A stretch of DNA of 64,000 nucleotides from an uncultured Thermoleophilia bacterium (GCA_963741075.1 CAVUGS010000019.1:157313-221312), one strand, 5' to 3'. Counted from the first letter of the stretch, positions 1 to 10,799 are shown. A program made the numbers and translations. The notes: a model not told the origin generated them from the sequence alone.

Positions 1-7
1 GCTCTCT

Positions 8-24
8 CGGAACGCGACGTTCCG
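8..24. promoter_or_regulatory. Perfect inverted repeat CGGAACG-CGA-CGTTCCG, a candidate operator upstream of the first binding-protein gene
   Basis: Read directly: cggaacg at 8-14 and cgttccg at 18-24. Related CGGAA/TTCCG arms recur at 1801-1818. The regulatory role is inferred from position only. Confidence 0.3.
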
Positions 25-119
25 CGCCTCGGACTCTTGACGCGCCGCGCGCCGTCACCCCGACGATGCGTCATAATGTGAGCAACGTGTCCGCATTGTG
101 AGCATCCGGGGAGGACGAG

Positions 120-1514
120 ATGAGTACTGAGAACGACGGTCAGATGGGTCCAGTGACAGGCGGCGTGGCCGACAGCAAGGTGTCGCGCCGCGACTTCCTG
201 AAGATGGGCGCCCTGGCCGGCGCGGCCCTGGGCGTGGGCGGCGGCCTCACGGGCGCTCTCGCCGCCTGCGGCGGCAGCGACAGCGACAGCTCCGGCGGCA
301 GCGGCAGCGGCTGACGGCCGCGAGATCAAGATCGGCTTCGTCACGCCGCTCACCGGCCCGCTGGCCTCGTTCGGCATCCCGGACGCCTGGTGCGTCAAGC
401 AGTGGGAGGCCGCCGTCGCCGGACGGCCTCAAGTGCGGCGACGGCCAGACGCACCCCATCAAGATCATCGTCAAGGACACGCAGTCGGACACGAACCGCG
501 CCGCCAGGTCACCGGCGACCTCATCACCAACGACGGCTGCGACATCATCATGGCCGCGTCCACCGCGGACACCGTGCCGCCGGTGGCCGACACGTGCGAG
601 GCCATGCAGGTGCCGTGCGTCACCAACGACTGCCCGTGGCAGGCCTACTTCTTCGGCCGCGGCGGCGACCCCGCCGTGGGCTTCGAGTGGACCTACCACA
701 GCTGGTGGGGCCTCGAGGGCATCACCGCCACGTTCGTCGACATGTGGGACTCGCTCAAGACCAACAAGAAGGTCGCCGAGATGTGGCCGAACGACGGCGA
801 CGGCCTCGCCTGGGCCAACGAGAAGACGGGCCAGCCGCCGGTGCTCAAGGCGGGCGGCTACACCATCATCGACGGCGGCCGCTACCAGGACCTCACCGAC
901 GACTACTCCGCGCAGATCGGCAAGTTCAAGGCGGCCGACGCGCAGATCCTCAGCGGCGTCATGCTCCCGCCGGACTTCACCAACTTCTGGAAGCAGTCGC
1001 TGCAGCAGGGCTTCAACCCGAACATCGCCACCGTGGGCAAGGCCCTGCTCTTCCCGCAGTCGCTCGAGGCGCTCGGCGACATCGGCTACAACCTCTCCAG
1101 CGAGTGCTGGTGGTCGCCGAACCACCCGTTCAAGTCCTCGCTGACCGGCCAGACCTGCAAGGAGCTCGCCGACCAGTACGAGACGGACAACAACGCCGCA
1201 GTGGACGCAGCCGATCCTCCACTACGCCATCTTCGAGGTCGTCGCCGACGCGCTGAAGCGCACCACCAACGTGGACGACAAGGCGAACATCCGCGACGCC
1301 ATCGCCGCCACCGACATGGAGACCATCGGCGGCCACGTCACGTGGAGCAGCAGCGACAAGAAGCTCAACCCGGTGCCCAACGTCTGCACCACGCCGATCA
1401 CCGGCGGCCAGTGGGTCAAGGGCGACCAAGTACCCGTACGACCTGATCGTGGTCAACAACTCGCAGGCCACCGAGGTCCCGACCCAGGGCGAGCTGCAGC
1501 CGCTCGCGTACTGA
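120..1514 (+). CDS. ABC transporter substrate-binding lipoprotein, Leu/Ile/Val-binding (Liv/Peripla_BP_6-like) family, broken by at least 5 frame shifts in this assembly
   Basis: ORF 120-314 carries a Tat-like SRRDFLKMG motif and the lipobox LAACGG. Homology continues colinearly in other frames (GDLITNDGCDIIMAAS, FEWTYHSWWGLEG, WPNDGDGLAW, FWKQSLQQGF, ECWWSPNHPFKSS) to TAC TGA at 1512-1514. It is a paralogue of 12137-13544. Confidence 0.8.
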
Positions 1515-1602
1515 GAGGCCGACGGTGCGACCGCAGTCTGATAGCGAGAACGAACCTCGGCCGGGCGCCGCTGGACCGCGCCTGATCCGCCGGGTCGAGG
1601 AC

Positions 1603-1678
1603 GCGTCTCGCAAGTGCTTCCCTTGCGAGACGCCGGGGCGTCCGCCTTCCCCCCGAGGGCGGACGCCCCTTTCTCTTC
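1603..1678 (+). terminator. Two back-to-back perfect 12-bp hairpins, the second followed by a T-rich tail
   Basis: Hairpin 1 pairs gcgtctcgcaag (1603-1614) with cttgcgagacgc (1622-1633). Hairpin 2 pairs ggggcgtccgcc (1635-1646) with ggcggacgcccc (1658-1669), followed by tttctcttc. Confidence 0.55.
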
Positions 1679-1763
1679 GCGGCCGGCCGCGAGCGCTGCC
1701 TCGGCCGCGCCGCGCATCCGCCCGCTGCCGGCCGCGCGCCGGCGCGCGCCCGGCTCCCCACGT

Positions 1764-1829
1764 TTGACCTGCCGGCGGCCTCCGCTAGCGTACCGCTGAG
1801 ACGGAATGGCCATTCCGTGTAGCGGAACG
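1764..1829 (+). promoter_or_regulatory. Candidate promoter (TTGACC-N16-TAGCGT) followed by the palindrome ACGGAATGG/CCATTCCGT and a further CGGAAC half-site
   Basis: ttgacc lies at 1764-1769 and tagcgt at 1786-1791. A perfect 18-nt palindrome lies at 1801-1818, and agcggaacg at 1821-1829. Confidence 0.4.
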
Positions 1830-1870
1830 ACGTCGGCGCCGCGTGACGGCTGCGCGGCGCGGAGGGACAC

Positions 1871-4800
1871 ATGGCTGGGCAAGGACGGGCGCCGGACGGC
1901 GGCGCGGGCGGCGGGGCAGGCGAAGAGCGCGCGCTCGCCGAGACGCAGTTCACGGCGACGCTGGCGGGGCTCGAGGTCCTGCTGCGCACGACGGCGCGGC
2001 GCCACCCTGCGTTCGCCGCGCGCCTGCGCGAGCGCGACCTGGTGGCGCAGATCCGCCTCGCCGGCAGGACGCCGCGGCCGCGCCTACATCATCCGCGGCG
2101 GCAAGGTGCGCTCGCGCGCCGGGCTGCACCCGGCGCCGGACCTCACCATGACCTTCGACACGGCGGAGGTCGCGGCCCGCGTCATGCGGCCGGGCCGCGA
2201 CTACCTCGAGTTCATCGACGCGCTCAAGAACTTCCAGATGCGCGTCGAGGGCCCCGACGAGCTCGCCGTCTGGTTCTCCGAGACGCTGCAGATGATGCTC
2301 ACCGCCGGCCTCGAGTACGGCGTCGACGTGGGCGGCGGCGTGCGCCGCTTCACCAGCAACACCAACGGCGGCCCGGTGTTCGTCTACGTCAGCGACGGGC
2401 GCATCCTGCGCATCACGCCCATCGAGTTCGACGAGGACGACGCCGAGCCGTGGACGATCGAGGCGCGCGGCCAGCAGCTTCACCCCGCCGCGCAAGACGA
2501 CCGTCAACTCGCACACGCTCGCCTGGAAGTCGCTGATCTACTCGCCCGACCGCCTGCTCTACCCGATGAAGCGGGTCGACTTCGACCCCGACGGCGAGCG
2601 CAACCCGCAGAACCGCGGCACCTCCGGCTACGAGCGCATCAGCTGGGACGAGGCGCTCGACCTCGTCGCCGGCGAGATCAAGCGCGTCAAGCGCGACCAC
2701 GGCCCGGGCGCCATCATGAACGGCAGCGGCTCGCACCACACCTGGGGCGTGCTCGGCTACTGGCTGAGCGCCCGCATCCGCTTCTTCAACATCGATCGGC
2801 TGGACGCCGGTCGTGCACAACCCCGACAGCTGGGAGGGCTGGTACTGGGGCGCCGCGCACCACTGGGGCCAGAGCGCGCGCAACGGCGGCGGCGAGACCT
2901 ACGGCACCGTGGAGGACCTGCTCAAGCACGCCGAGATGGTCGTGTTCTGGTCGACCGACCCCGAGGCGACCAGCGGCGTCTACGGCGCGCACGACGGCAC
3001 CATCCGCCGCCAGTGGCTCAAGGAGCTCGGCATCCCGCTGCGTCCACATCGACCCGTTCCACAACCACACGGCCGCAGCTGCTGGGCGGCAAGTGGATCG
3101 CCCCGCGGCCGGGCACCGACAGCGCCATGGTGCTGGCCATCGCCCACGTCTGGATGACCGAGGGGCTGTACGACGAGGAGTACGTCGCCGAGCGCACCGT
3201 CGGGTTCGAGAAGTGGAAGGCCTACGTCCTCGGCGAGGAGGACGGCGTGGCCAAGACGCCGGAGTGGCAGGAGGCCGAGACCGGCGTCCCCGCGCGCGAC
3301 GTGCGCGCGCTCGCGCGCGCGTGGGGGACGAAGAAGACCTACCTCGCCGCCGGCGGCCTCATCGGCTTCGGCGGCGCCTGCCGCACGGCCACCGGCACCG
3401 ACTGGGCGCGCGGCGTGGTCTGCCTGATGGCCATGCAGGGCCTGGGCAAGCCCGGCGTCAACATGGGCTGCCTGCAGCAGGGCACGCCGCTCGACACGCA
3501 CTTCTTCTTCCCCGGCTACGCCGAGGGCGGCTACTCCGGCGACCTCGACCGGCACCGCGCTCAGCATCAACATGTACCAGCGCATGCCGCAGCTCGCCAC
3601 GGTCAACACCGTCGTCGCAGGTGGTGCCGCGCCTCAAGATCCCCGAGGCGGTGCTGGACGGCCACGTGCGAGGCGCTACCCCACCGACCCGCAAGTCCAT
3701 CGAGGGCCAGTTCCAGCGCTTCGAGTACCCGGCGCCGGGCCACAGCGAGGTCAAGATGTACTACAAGTACGGCGGCTCGCACTTCGGCACCATGACCGAC
3801 ACCAACCGCTTCGCGCGCATGTACCGCTCCGACAAGCTGGAGTTCGTGGTCAACCAGGGCATCTGGATGGAGGGCGAGACCAAGTTCGCCGACGTCATCC
3901 TGCCGGCCTGCACCAACTTCGAGCGCTGGGACATCAGCGAGTTCGCCAACTGCGGCGGCTACATCCAGCACGCCTTCACGCAGTGCAACCACCGCGTCGC
4001 GGTGATGCAGCACAAGTGCATCGAGCCGCTGGGCGAGTCGCGGTCCGACCACCAGATCTTCCTGGACCTGGCCACGCGGCTGGGCCTCGGGTCGATGTAC
4101 TCCGAGGGCGTCACCGAGCTCGACTGGTGCAAGCGGCTGTTCGACGCCACCGACCTGCCGCAGCGCCGTCTCGCTGGAAGGACTTCCTCAAGAAGGGCTA
4201 CTACGTGGTCCCGGCGCCGCCGGCGGAGCGCCGCGACCCGGTGTCGTACCGCTGGTTCGCGGAGGGCCGGGCCAAGGACACGCCCGAGCTCACGCCGCTG
4301 CCCGCCGACTACACCGAGGAGTTCGGCAAGGGCCTGCAGACGCAGTCGGGCAAGCTGGAGTTCGAGGCGTCGAGCCTCAAGCGCTTCGACCCCGACGACC
4401 CGGAGCGCGGCGCCGATCATGCGCTACGTGCCGGCCTGGGAGGGTCCGCACGCGCACGGAGCTCTACGAGAAGTACCCGCTGCAGCTCATCACGCCGCAC
4501 CCGCGGCACAGCTTCCACACGCAGAGCGACGGCAAGGACGCGGTCGGTCGAACGACATCCGCGACCACCGCGTCCTCGTCGACGGCCGCTACTACTGGAT
4601 CGTGCGCATCAACCCGCGCCGACGCCGCGGCGCGGGGCCTCGCGCAGCACGATCTGGTGCGCGTCTTCAACGACCGCGGCGCCGTGATCTGCGCGGTCCA
4701 GCTGACGGAACGCGTCCCGGCAGGTACAGTGCACTCCTACGAGTCGTCCGCCGTCTACGAGCCCGTGGGCGAGCCGGGGAACTCCCCCGACCGGGGCGGC

Positions 4801-4908
4801 TGCATGAACCTGCTCACGCCGAGCCGCATGATGATCCGCAAGGCGCACGCGCTGGCGGCCAACTCGTGTCTCGTGCAGATCGAGGCGTGGCGGGACGGCG
4901 ACGCATGA
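1871..4908 (+). CDS. Molybdopterin (bis-MGD) oxidoreductase of the pyrogallol hydroxytransferase / resorcinol hydroxylase large-subunit (AthL-like) family with an SCP2-like N-terminal extension; at least 8 frame shifts; start uncertain
   Basis: Fragments in three frames are colinear with the Pelobacter acidigallici transhydroxylase alpha subunit as I recall it. Matching segments include [104 protein letters not shown] and [22 protein letters not shown]. The stop is at 4906-4908. Confidence 0.75.
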
Positions 4909-4923
4909 CGCGAGAGGGGACCC

Positions 4924-5698
4924 ATGGCCAGGCGGTCGGACGAAGAAGGCGCGGACGGCGGGATGCAGGTGATCACGCGGGCGGCGGCGATCCTGGGCGC
5001 GCTCGCGGAACCTGACGGCGGCCGCAGCCTCGCCCAGCTGGCGGCGCAGACCGGCCTGCCGAAGACCACGGTCCACCGCATCTGCGCGGCGCTCGAGCAG
5101 GTCGGCTACGTGCACACCGAGGCCGCGAGCGGCCGCCGCGAGCTCGGCGCCAGCCTGCTCCGGCTGGCGGTGGTGGGCCGCCGCGACCTGGTCGCCCTGC
5201 TCGAGCCGTCGCTGGAGCGCCTCTCGATGGACCTCAACGAGACCGTGGACCTGGCTGTGCTGGACGGCGGCCAGGTCCTCTTCGTGGCCCAGCACCCGGC
5301 GCCGCAGCGGGCGCTCATGGCCATCGCCCGCGTTGGGGCGCACTTCCCCGCCTACACGCTGGCCAGCGGCAAGGCCCTGCTGGCGCGGCTGCCGCGCGAG
5401 GAGATCCTGCGCCGGCTGCCGCGGCGTCTCGAGCCCACGCTCGGCGGGCGCCCGCGCACGCGCGAGGCGCTCCTGCGCGAGCTCGACGGAGGTCCGCGCC
5501 ACCGGCCTCGCCTACGAGCGTGAGGAGATGCGCCACGGCATCTGCGCCGTGGCCGTGGCGGTCACCGACGTCGACGGCCGTTCGGCCTCGATCGCGGTGC
5601 CGATGCCGGCGGCGCGCTTCGCGGAGGCCGAGGAGCGGGTGGCGGCGGAGCTCACGCTGCTGCGCGACCAGACCGAGGCGAGACTGAACGGGGCCTGA
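4924..5698 (+). CDS. IclR-family transcriptional regulator (1 frame shift near 5488)
   Basis: The protein has an N-terminal wHTH (LAQLAAQTGLPKTTVHRICAALE) and an IclR effector domain (NETVDLAVLDG, GKALLA, ATGLAYEREE..GICAVAV). The C-terminal part is in the frame of ORF 5333-5698. Confidence 0.85.
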
Positions 5699-5708
5699 GG
5701 AGGCTGCG

Positions 5709-6472
5709 ATGAACGAGTTCGACTTCTCGGGCCGCAACGCCCTCGTCGTGGGCGCGGGCGGCCTCGGCGCCGCCATCGCCGCCGGGCTGGCCGCGCACGG
5801 CGCGGCCGTGGCGGCGGCGGACGTGCACGGCGAGCGGGCCGCCGCGCTCGCGCAAGGGCTGGCCGCGGCCCACGGCGTCACCGCCGCGGGGTTCGCCGTC
5901 GACGTCACCGACGAGGCCTCGGTGCGCGCCCTCGTCGCCGCGCGTGTCGCGAGCTCGGCGGCCTCGACATCCTCGTCAACGCCGCCGGCGCCACCGTGCG
6001 CACGCGCGCGGAGGACCTGGCGCCGGACGACTGGCGCCGCGTCCTCGACGTCAACGCCACCGGCACCTTCCTCTGCTGCCAGGCCGCCGGCGCCCACATG
6101 GCGCAGGCCGGCGGCGGCGCCATCGTCAACCTCTCGTCCGTGCGCGGCCGCTACGGCGCGACCTTCGGCCAGGCCGAGTACTCCGCCAGCAAGGGCGCCG
6201 TGGACTCGCTGACGCGTTCGCTCGCCGCCCAGTGGGCGGAGTTCGGCATCCGCGTCAATGCCGTCGCGCCCACCTTCGTCGAGACCGACCTGACGCGCGC
6301 CGTGCTCGCCGACGAGCAGTTCGCCGCCGGGCTCAGGGCCAGCATCCCGATGGGCCGCTGGGGCGAGACCGCCGACGTGGTCGGCCCCGTCCTGTTCTTC
6401 GCCTCGCCCGCGGCTGGCTTCGTCACCGGCCAGATCCTCTACGTGGACGGCGGTCTCACGGCGCGCGTCTGA
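5709..6472 (+). CDS. Short-chain dehydrogenase/reductase (SDR), 1 frame shift near 5955
   Basis: Motifs present: Rossmann VVGAGGLGAAIA, NLSSV, catalytic YSASK and PMGRWGE. ORFs 5709-6212 and 5996-6472 join colinearly. Confidence 0.85.
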
Positions 6473-6548
6473 CGGCGCCAGTCCTGCCGTCCGCACGCGC
6501 CGGTCCGATCCCCGGCGCTGCCTCGACCGTCGCCCGCCGCGGCAATGC

Positions 6549-6609
6549 TTGACCTCTCCCGACCCCTGCACTAGTGTTCGCATCATGGACTAGTTGTTCC
6601 GCATCGTGG
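6549..6609 (+). promoter_or_regulatory. Candidate promoter TTGACC-N17-TAGTGT followed by a tandem 11-mer operator (TCGCATCATGG / CCGCATCGTGG, 21-nt period)
   Basis: ttgacc lies at 6549-6554 and tagtgt at 6572-6577. The 11-mers lie at 6578-6588 and 6599-6609. The same 11-mer family recurs at 9366-9376 (- strand) and at 11922-11953. Confidence 0.45.
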
Positions 6610-6752
6610 GCACCCCACCCGCGACAGGGACAGACGTGAGGGGGGCCCGGCCGGAGGGTCGTCCGCGTGCGTCCGGGGCGCCGTCAGCCGGCGCCCGGAT
6701 GCGAGGCAGACGCGGTCGCCGGGCCGGAGACATAGACGAGAGGAGAACTGCG

Positions 6753-7555
6753 ATGGCTGACCGTGAGATCTGGGGCGTCGAGAAGATCCGCAACCTGTTC
6801 GACCTGACCGGCAAGGTCGCGATCGTCACCGGCGGCTCGGGCGCGCTCGGCCACGACGCGGCCAAGGGCCTCGCCGCCTTCGGCGCCGACGTGGTGGTCA
6901 CCAGCCGCCGCGCCGAGAACCTCGAGGCGGCCGCCAAGGACATCGCCGACGCCACCGGCGCCAAGGTGCTCCCCGTGTCGTGCGACTGCCGTCGACTCCG
7001 AGAGCGTCGAGGCCATGGTCCAGAAGACCGTCGCCGAGTTCGGCAAGGTCGACATCCTCGTCACCGCCGCCGGCCAGGCCGACCGGCACCCCGCCGAGGA
7101 GTTCCCCATCGACAGCTGGCAGATGGTCATGGACTCGCTGGTCAAGGGCACGTACCTCTGCTGCCAGTCCGCCGGCCGCCAGATGATCGCGCAGGGCGGC
7201 GGCAAGATCATCACCATCGGCTCCGTGCGCGGCGAGTTCGGTCACCCGGGCGGCTACTCCGCCTACGGCACCGCCAAGGGCGCCGTGCACCTGCTCACCA
7301 AGCAGCTCTCCACCGAGTGGGCCAAGTACCAGATCAACGTGAACAGCGTCGCGCCCTGCATCTTCTGGACGCCCGCTGACGCAGCAGGTCATCGAGGACC
7401 CGGAGCTCAAGAAGATCTTCCTCTCGCGCATCCCGTGGGGCCGCGTCGCCGATCCTCAGGACTTCATCGGCGCCGTCGTCTTCCTCGCCTCCGCCGCCTC
7501 CGACTTCGTCACCGGCGAGATCATGGCCGTCGACGGCGGCAGCACCGCCGGCTGA
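6753..7555 (+). CDS. Short-chain dehydrogenase/reductase (SDR), 2 frame shifts
   Basis: An ATG at 6753 follows gagaggag. Motifs present: VTGGSGALG, GSVRG, catalytic YGTAKGA, and RIPWGRVADPQDF..FLASAASDFVTGE. TGA lies at 7553-7555. One indel is visible as gcccgc at about 7372. Confidence 0.85.
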
Positions 7556-7577
7556 TCGCCGGCCGCTGAGGAGGTCG

Positions 7578-8531
7578 ATGGTGAACTCGGAGAGCGGGGA
7601 GCGCATCGCCGTCATCGGCGGCGGCATGATGGGCGTGGGCGTGGCCCAGGTGTTCGCCGCCGCCGGGCACGAGGTCGCGCTCCAGGACGTGTACGACGAA
7701 GCCCTGGAGCGCGTCCCCGGCGCGCTCACGGCGAACCTGTCCTTCCTGGCCGAGCATGGCCTGTTCCCGGCCGACGGCGTCGAGGACGCCGTCGGCCGGG
7801 TCTGGACCACCAGCGACATGATCGGCGCCGCCGAAGGGGCCGACGTGGTGGTGGAGTGCGTGTTCGAGGACCTCGGCCTCAAGCAGAGCGTCTTCGAGCG
7901 GCTGGACGCTGCCTGCCCGCCGGAGACGATCCTCTGCACGAACACCTCGGTGATGAGCATCACGGAGATCGGCGCGAAGGCGCAGCACAAGGAGCGCGTG
8001 GTGGGCACGCACTTCTGGAACCCGCCGTACCTGATCCCGCTGGTCGAGGTGGTGCGCACCGAGCAGGTCGACCCCGGCGTGGTGGACCGCACCATGGACC
8101 TGCTGCGCCGCGTCGGCAAGCGGCCCATCGACTGCAAGAAGGACGTGCCGGGGTTCGTCGCCAACCGCCTGCAGCACGCGCTGTGGCGCGAGGCCATCTC
8201 CATCGTGGAGCACGGCATCGCCGACGCGGCCACCGTGGACGAGAGCATCCGCTTCGGCCCCGGTCTGCGCCTGCCGATCCTGGCGCCCATGGAGAACGCC
8301 GACATGGTCGGCCTCGACCTCACGCTGGCGATCCACGACTACATCCTGCCGCACCTCGAGGCGTCGGGTGAGCCGTCGCCGCTGCTGAGGGAGAAGGTGG
8401 ACGCCGGCGACCTCGGCTTCAAGAGCGGCAAGGGATTCTTCGACTGGCCGCCCGAGGCCGCCGACGCGTCGCGCAAGCGCCTGGTGGCGTATCTGGTGCG
8501 CGTGCTCGGCGACCCGGAACGAGGGTTCTGA
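7578..8531 (+). CDS. 3-hydroxyacyl-CoA dehydrogenase-family protein of the lambda-crystallin / L-carnitine-dehydrogenase-like type (intact)
   Basis: The protein has the Rossmann motif IAVIGGGMMGVGVA. HFWNPPYLIPLVEVV resembles the NPPYxIPLVE signature of family members that act on free 3-hydroxy acids. The ORF is a single 317 aa. Confidence 0.8.
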   Translation: MVNSESGERIAVIGGGMMGVGVAQVFAAAGHEVALQDVYDEALERVPGALTANLSFLAEHGLFPADGVEDAVGRVWTTSDMIGAAEGADVVVECVFEDLGLKQSVFERLDAACPPETILCTNTSVMSITEIGAKAQHKERVVGTHFWNPPYLIPLVEVVRTEQVDPGVVDRTMDLLRRVGKRPIDCKKDVPGFVANRLQHALWREAISIVEHGIADAATVDESIRFGPGLRLPILAPMENADMVGLDLTLAIHDYILPHLEASGEPSPLLREKVDAGDLGFKSGKGFFDWPPEAADASRKRLVAYLVRVLGDPERGF

Positions 8532-8555
8532 GCTTGAGCGGAGCGGGAGGCCGGC

Positions 8556-9305
8556 GTGGCTGAGCGACGTGATGGTGTGCAGGTGCTCTCTCGAGCGGCG
8601 CTGCTGCTGCGCGAGCTCTCGGTCGTGCCCGAGGGACTGACCCCCATCGCGCTCGCCGACCGCGTCGGCCTGCCGCGCTCCACGTGCTACCGCATCGTGG
8701 GGGCGCTGTGCCAGGAGGGACTCATGCGCCTCTCGCCCTCCGGCAAGCTGCACATCGGGGCCGGCCTCATCGGTATCGCCGCGGCCGGCCACCGGGAGCT
8801 GCGCCACGAGGCGGCGCCGTACCTCAAGAAGCTCTCGCTCGACCTGCACGAGACCGTCGAGCTCGTGGTGCTCGACGGCGACGAGGCGCTGTTCACCGAC
8901 CAGTACGTCCCGCAGCGCTCCCTGCGCGTGGTCGCGGAGGTCGGAGACAGGTTCCCGCTTCACTGCAGCGCGTGCGGCAAGGCCCTCCTGGCGGAGTTGC
9001 CCCGCGCGGAGGCCGAGCGCCTCATCCCGCGCGACCTGAAGGCGCTCACGCGGTACACCAACGTCGACCGTGACGCCCTCCTGCGCGAGCTCGACGTGGT
9101 GCGGAGGACGGGCGTGGCCTACGACCACCAGGAGCACACGCTCGGCGTGTCGGCGGTGGGCGCGGCGGTGCGCGACGCGGGCGGCTCCATGGCCGCCATC
9201 ACCGTGGCCATGCCGGCCGCCCGCCTCGAGGGCCAGGAGGAGCGGATCGCGGACAAGCTGGTGCGCGCGCGCGACGAGATCCAGCAGGCCGTCGACGCCG
9301 GGTGA
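8556..9305 (+). CDS. IclR-family transcriptional regulator (intact)
   Basis: The ORF is 249 aa, with the HTH LADRVGLPRSTCYRIVGAL and effector-domain motifs HETVELVVLDG and TGVAYDHQEH. Confidence 0.9.
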   Translation: MAERRDGVQVLSRAALLLRELSVVPEGLTPIALADRVGLPRSTCYRIVGALCQEGLMRLSPSGKLHIGAGLIGIAAAGHRELRHEAAPYLKKLSLDLHETVELVVLDGDEALFTDQYVPQRSLRVVAEVGDRFPLHCSACGKALLAELPRAEAERLIPRDLKALTRYTNVDRDALLRELDVVRRTGVAYDHQEHTLGVSAVGAAVRDAGGSMAAITVAMPAARLEGQEERIADKLVRARDEIQQAVDAG

Positions 9306-9333
9306 GGCCCTCGCCGTCAACGGCGCAGCCGTA

Positions 9334-9376
9334 TTGACACCACCTTCCCGCGACGGATAGCGTATCCACGATACGG
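9334..9376 (+). promoter_or_regulatory. Candidate promoter TTGACA-N18-TAGCGT overlapping the palindrome CGTATC-CAC-GATACG, which contains the shared 11-mer on the minus strand
   Basis: ttgaca lies at 9334-9339 and tagcgt at 9358-9363. The palindrome lies at 9361-9375. ccacgatacgg at 9366-9376 is the reverse complement of CCGTATCGTGG. Confidence 0.45.
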
Positions 9377-9497
9377 CGTCTCTGTTCCGAGATGCGGACA
9401 GGGCGAGTGCCCGGCGCACGTTCCCGGTGACGAGTGACCGGGTGTTTGAGCCGTCGTGAGCGAGACAGTAACGAGACCGACGAGAAGAGAGGCCGCC

Positions 9498-10434
9498 ATG
9501 GGCAAGAAAGTATTCGTTGACCTCAGCCATCCGTTCGGTGCGGACATGCCGCTGTGGCCCTACTTCACCAAGCCGGTGATCGACACGATGCACGGCCTGG
9601 CCAAGTCGGCGTCCTCAGCCAGAAGGTCACCGTCGTGCAGCACTGCGGCACGCACGCCGACGCCCCGCGTCACGTCATGGAGCGCGACTTCGCCGGCGCC
9701 CGCGCGCGGTACAGCCACGAGCTGCCCGTCGACGCCTACGTCGGCGACGCGGTCTGCCTGGACATCAAGATCGAGGACTGGGGCCTGATCAAGGGCGAGC
9801 ACCTCGACGACGCCTGCGAACGCGCGAACATCAAGCCCGAGGAGCTCAAGGGCATGGTGATCTGCCTGCGGACCGGCATGCACCTCAAGTTCGACGACAG
9901 CAAGGACTACTACCACTACTCCTGCGGCACCGGGCTCGACGCCGGCAAGTGGTTCCAGAAGTACATGCCGAAGTGCGTAGCCATGGACATGCAGGCGCTG
10001 GACCACCCGCTGCACACCGCCATGGGCAAGAACGGCCCGCACGCAGATGAACCTGCCCGGCAACTCGGGCCGGCCGATCACCGACGAGTACATCGAGAAG
10101 TTCGGTCGCGAGGCCTACGCCGAGTTCGAGCGGGACGTCTACATCGAGGTGTTCGGCATGGACAAGTACATGGAGGCCTACGGCGCAGCTCGAGCGCGCC
10201 AACCAGCCCGGGACCTGGGAGCCCTGTCACAAGCTCATGATGGGCAATGGCATCGTCGGCGTCGAGAACCTCGGCGGCGACCTCGACAAGGTCATGGGCA
10301 AGCGCTTCCGCTTCTTCGCGTTCCCGCTCCGCTGGTGGCTGGGCGACGGCTCCATGGTCCGCTGCGCCGCGGAGATCGACGAGGACGACGTGAACGACGT
10401 CCCGGACCGGCTCTACAAGTACGGCGTAATCTGA
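9498..10434 (+). CDS. Metal-dependent cyclase-family hydrolase (kynurenine-formamidase-like fold) with a long insertion; 3 frame shifts
   Basis: The N-terminus is MGKKVFVDLSHPF and the signature HxGTHxDxPxH is present as QHCGTHADAPRH. Four ORF-track fragments (9456, 9554, 10047 and 10237 frames) join colinearly, with the stop at 10432-10434. Confidence 0.7.
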
Positions 10435-10448
10435 GACAAGGAGTAACC

Positions 10449-10799
10449 GTGGAAGTCACACGCTACGACGAGGCGCCGAGCTACGAGGCCCCCGGGCATT
10501 TCGATGTGTACGGCCTGCGCCTGCAGGGCTTCGAGGTCAGCAAGACCCGCAACTTCTGGATGAGCATCTCCCACTTCCTGCCCCGGGGCGGGTGCGAGTA
10601 CGTCGCCACCCCGATCGAGAAGGTGTACTTCGTGCTCGATGGTGAGGTCACGGTCAAGACGGAAGAGGGCGAGGTCGTCCTCAAGAAGTACGACTCCATC
10701 TACCTGGCGCCCGACGAGGCCCGCTCCATCCTGAACCACACCAACTCGCCGGCGACGATGCTCGTCGCCATCCCGTATCCGGAGCCCCGCGAGTTCTGA
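10449..10799 (+). CDS. Small cupin-fold protein
   Basis: A GTG at 10449 follows aggag. The 116-aa product has a beta-barrel-like core (GGCEYVATPIEKVYFVLDGEVTVKTEEGEVVLKKYDSIYLAP). The family call is by pattern only. Confidence 0.6.
   Translation: MEVTRYDEAPSYEAPGHFDVYGLRLQGFEVSKTRNFWMSISHFLPRGGCEYVATPIEKVYFVLDGEVTVKTEEGEVVLKKYDSIYLAPDEARSILNHTNSPATMLVAIPYPEPREF

Noticed and set aside
247-1125. A 292-aa ORF antisense to the first binding-protein gene. Many similar long antisense or off-frame ORFs occur, e.g. 7521-9593 (-), 15728-16915 (-), 19188-20468 (-), 52055-53827 (-) and 61040-62959 (-).
   Set aside because: Their translations are low-complexity Arg/Ala/Gly/Pro strings with no recognisable motifs. 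They fully overlap genes with clear family signatures on the other strand or frame. Stop-codon scarcity in very GC-rich DNA produces such ORFs by chance.
1806-5015. A single 1069-aa ORF that looks like one giant protein.
   Set aside because: Only parts of it are in the true frame of the AthL-like gene. The rest is Arg/Pro-rich read-through, and the real protein has to be stitched from three frames. The ORF also runs past the real stop (4908) into the next gene.
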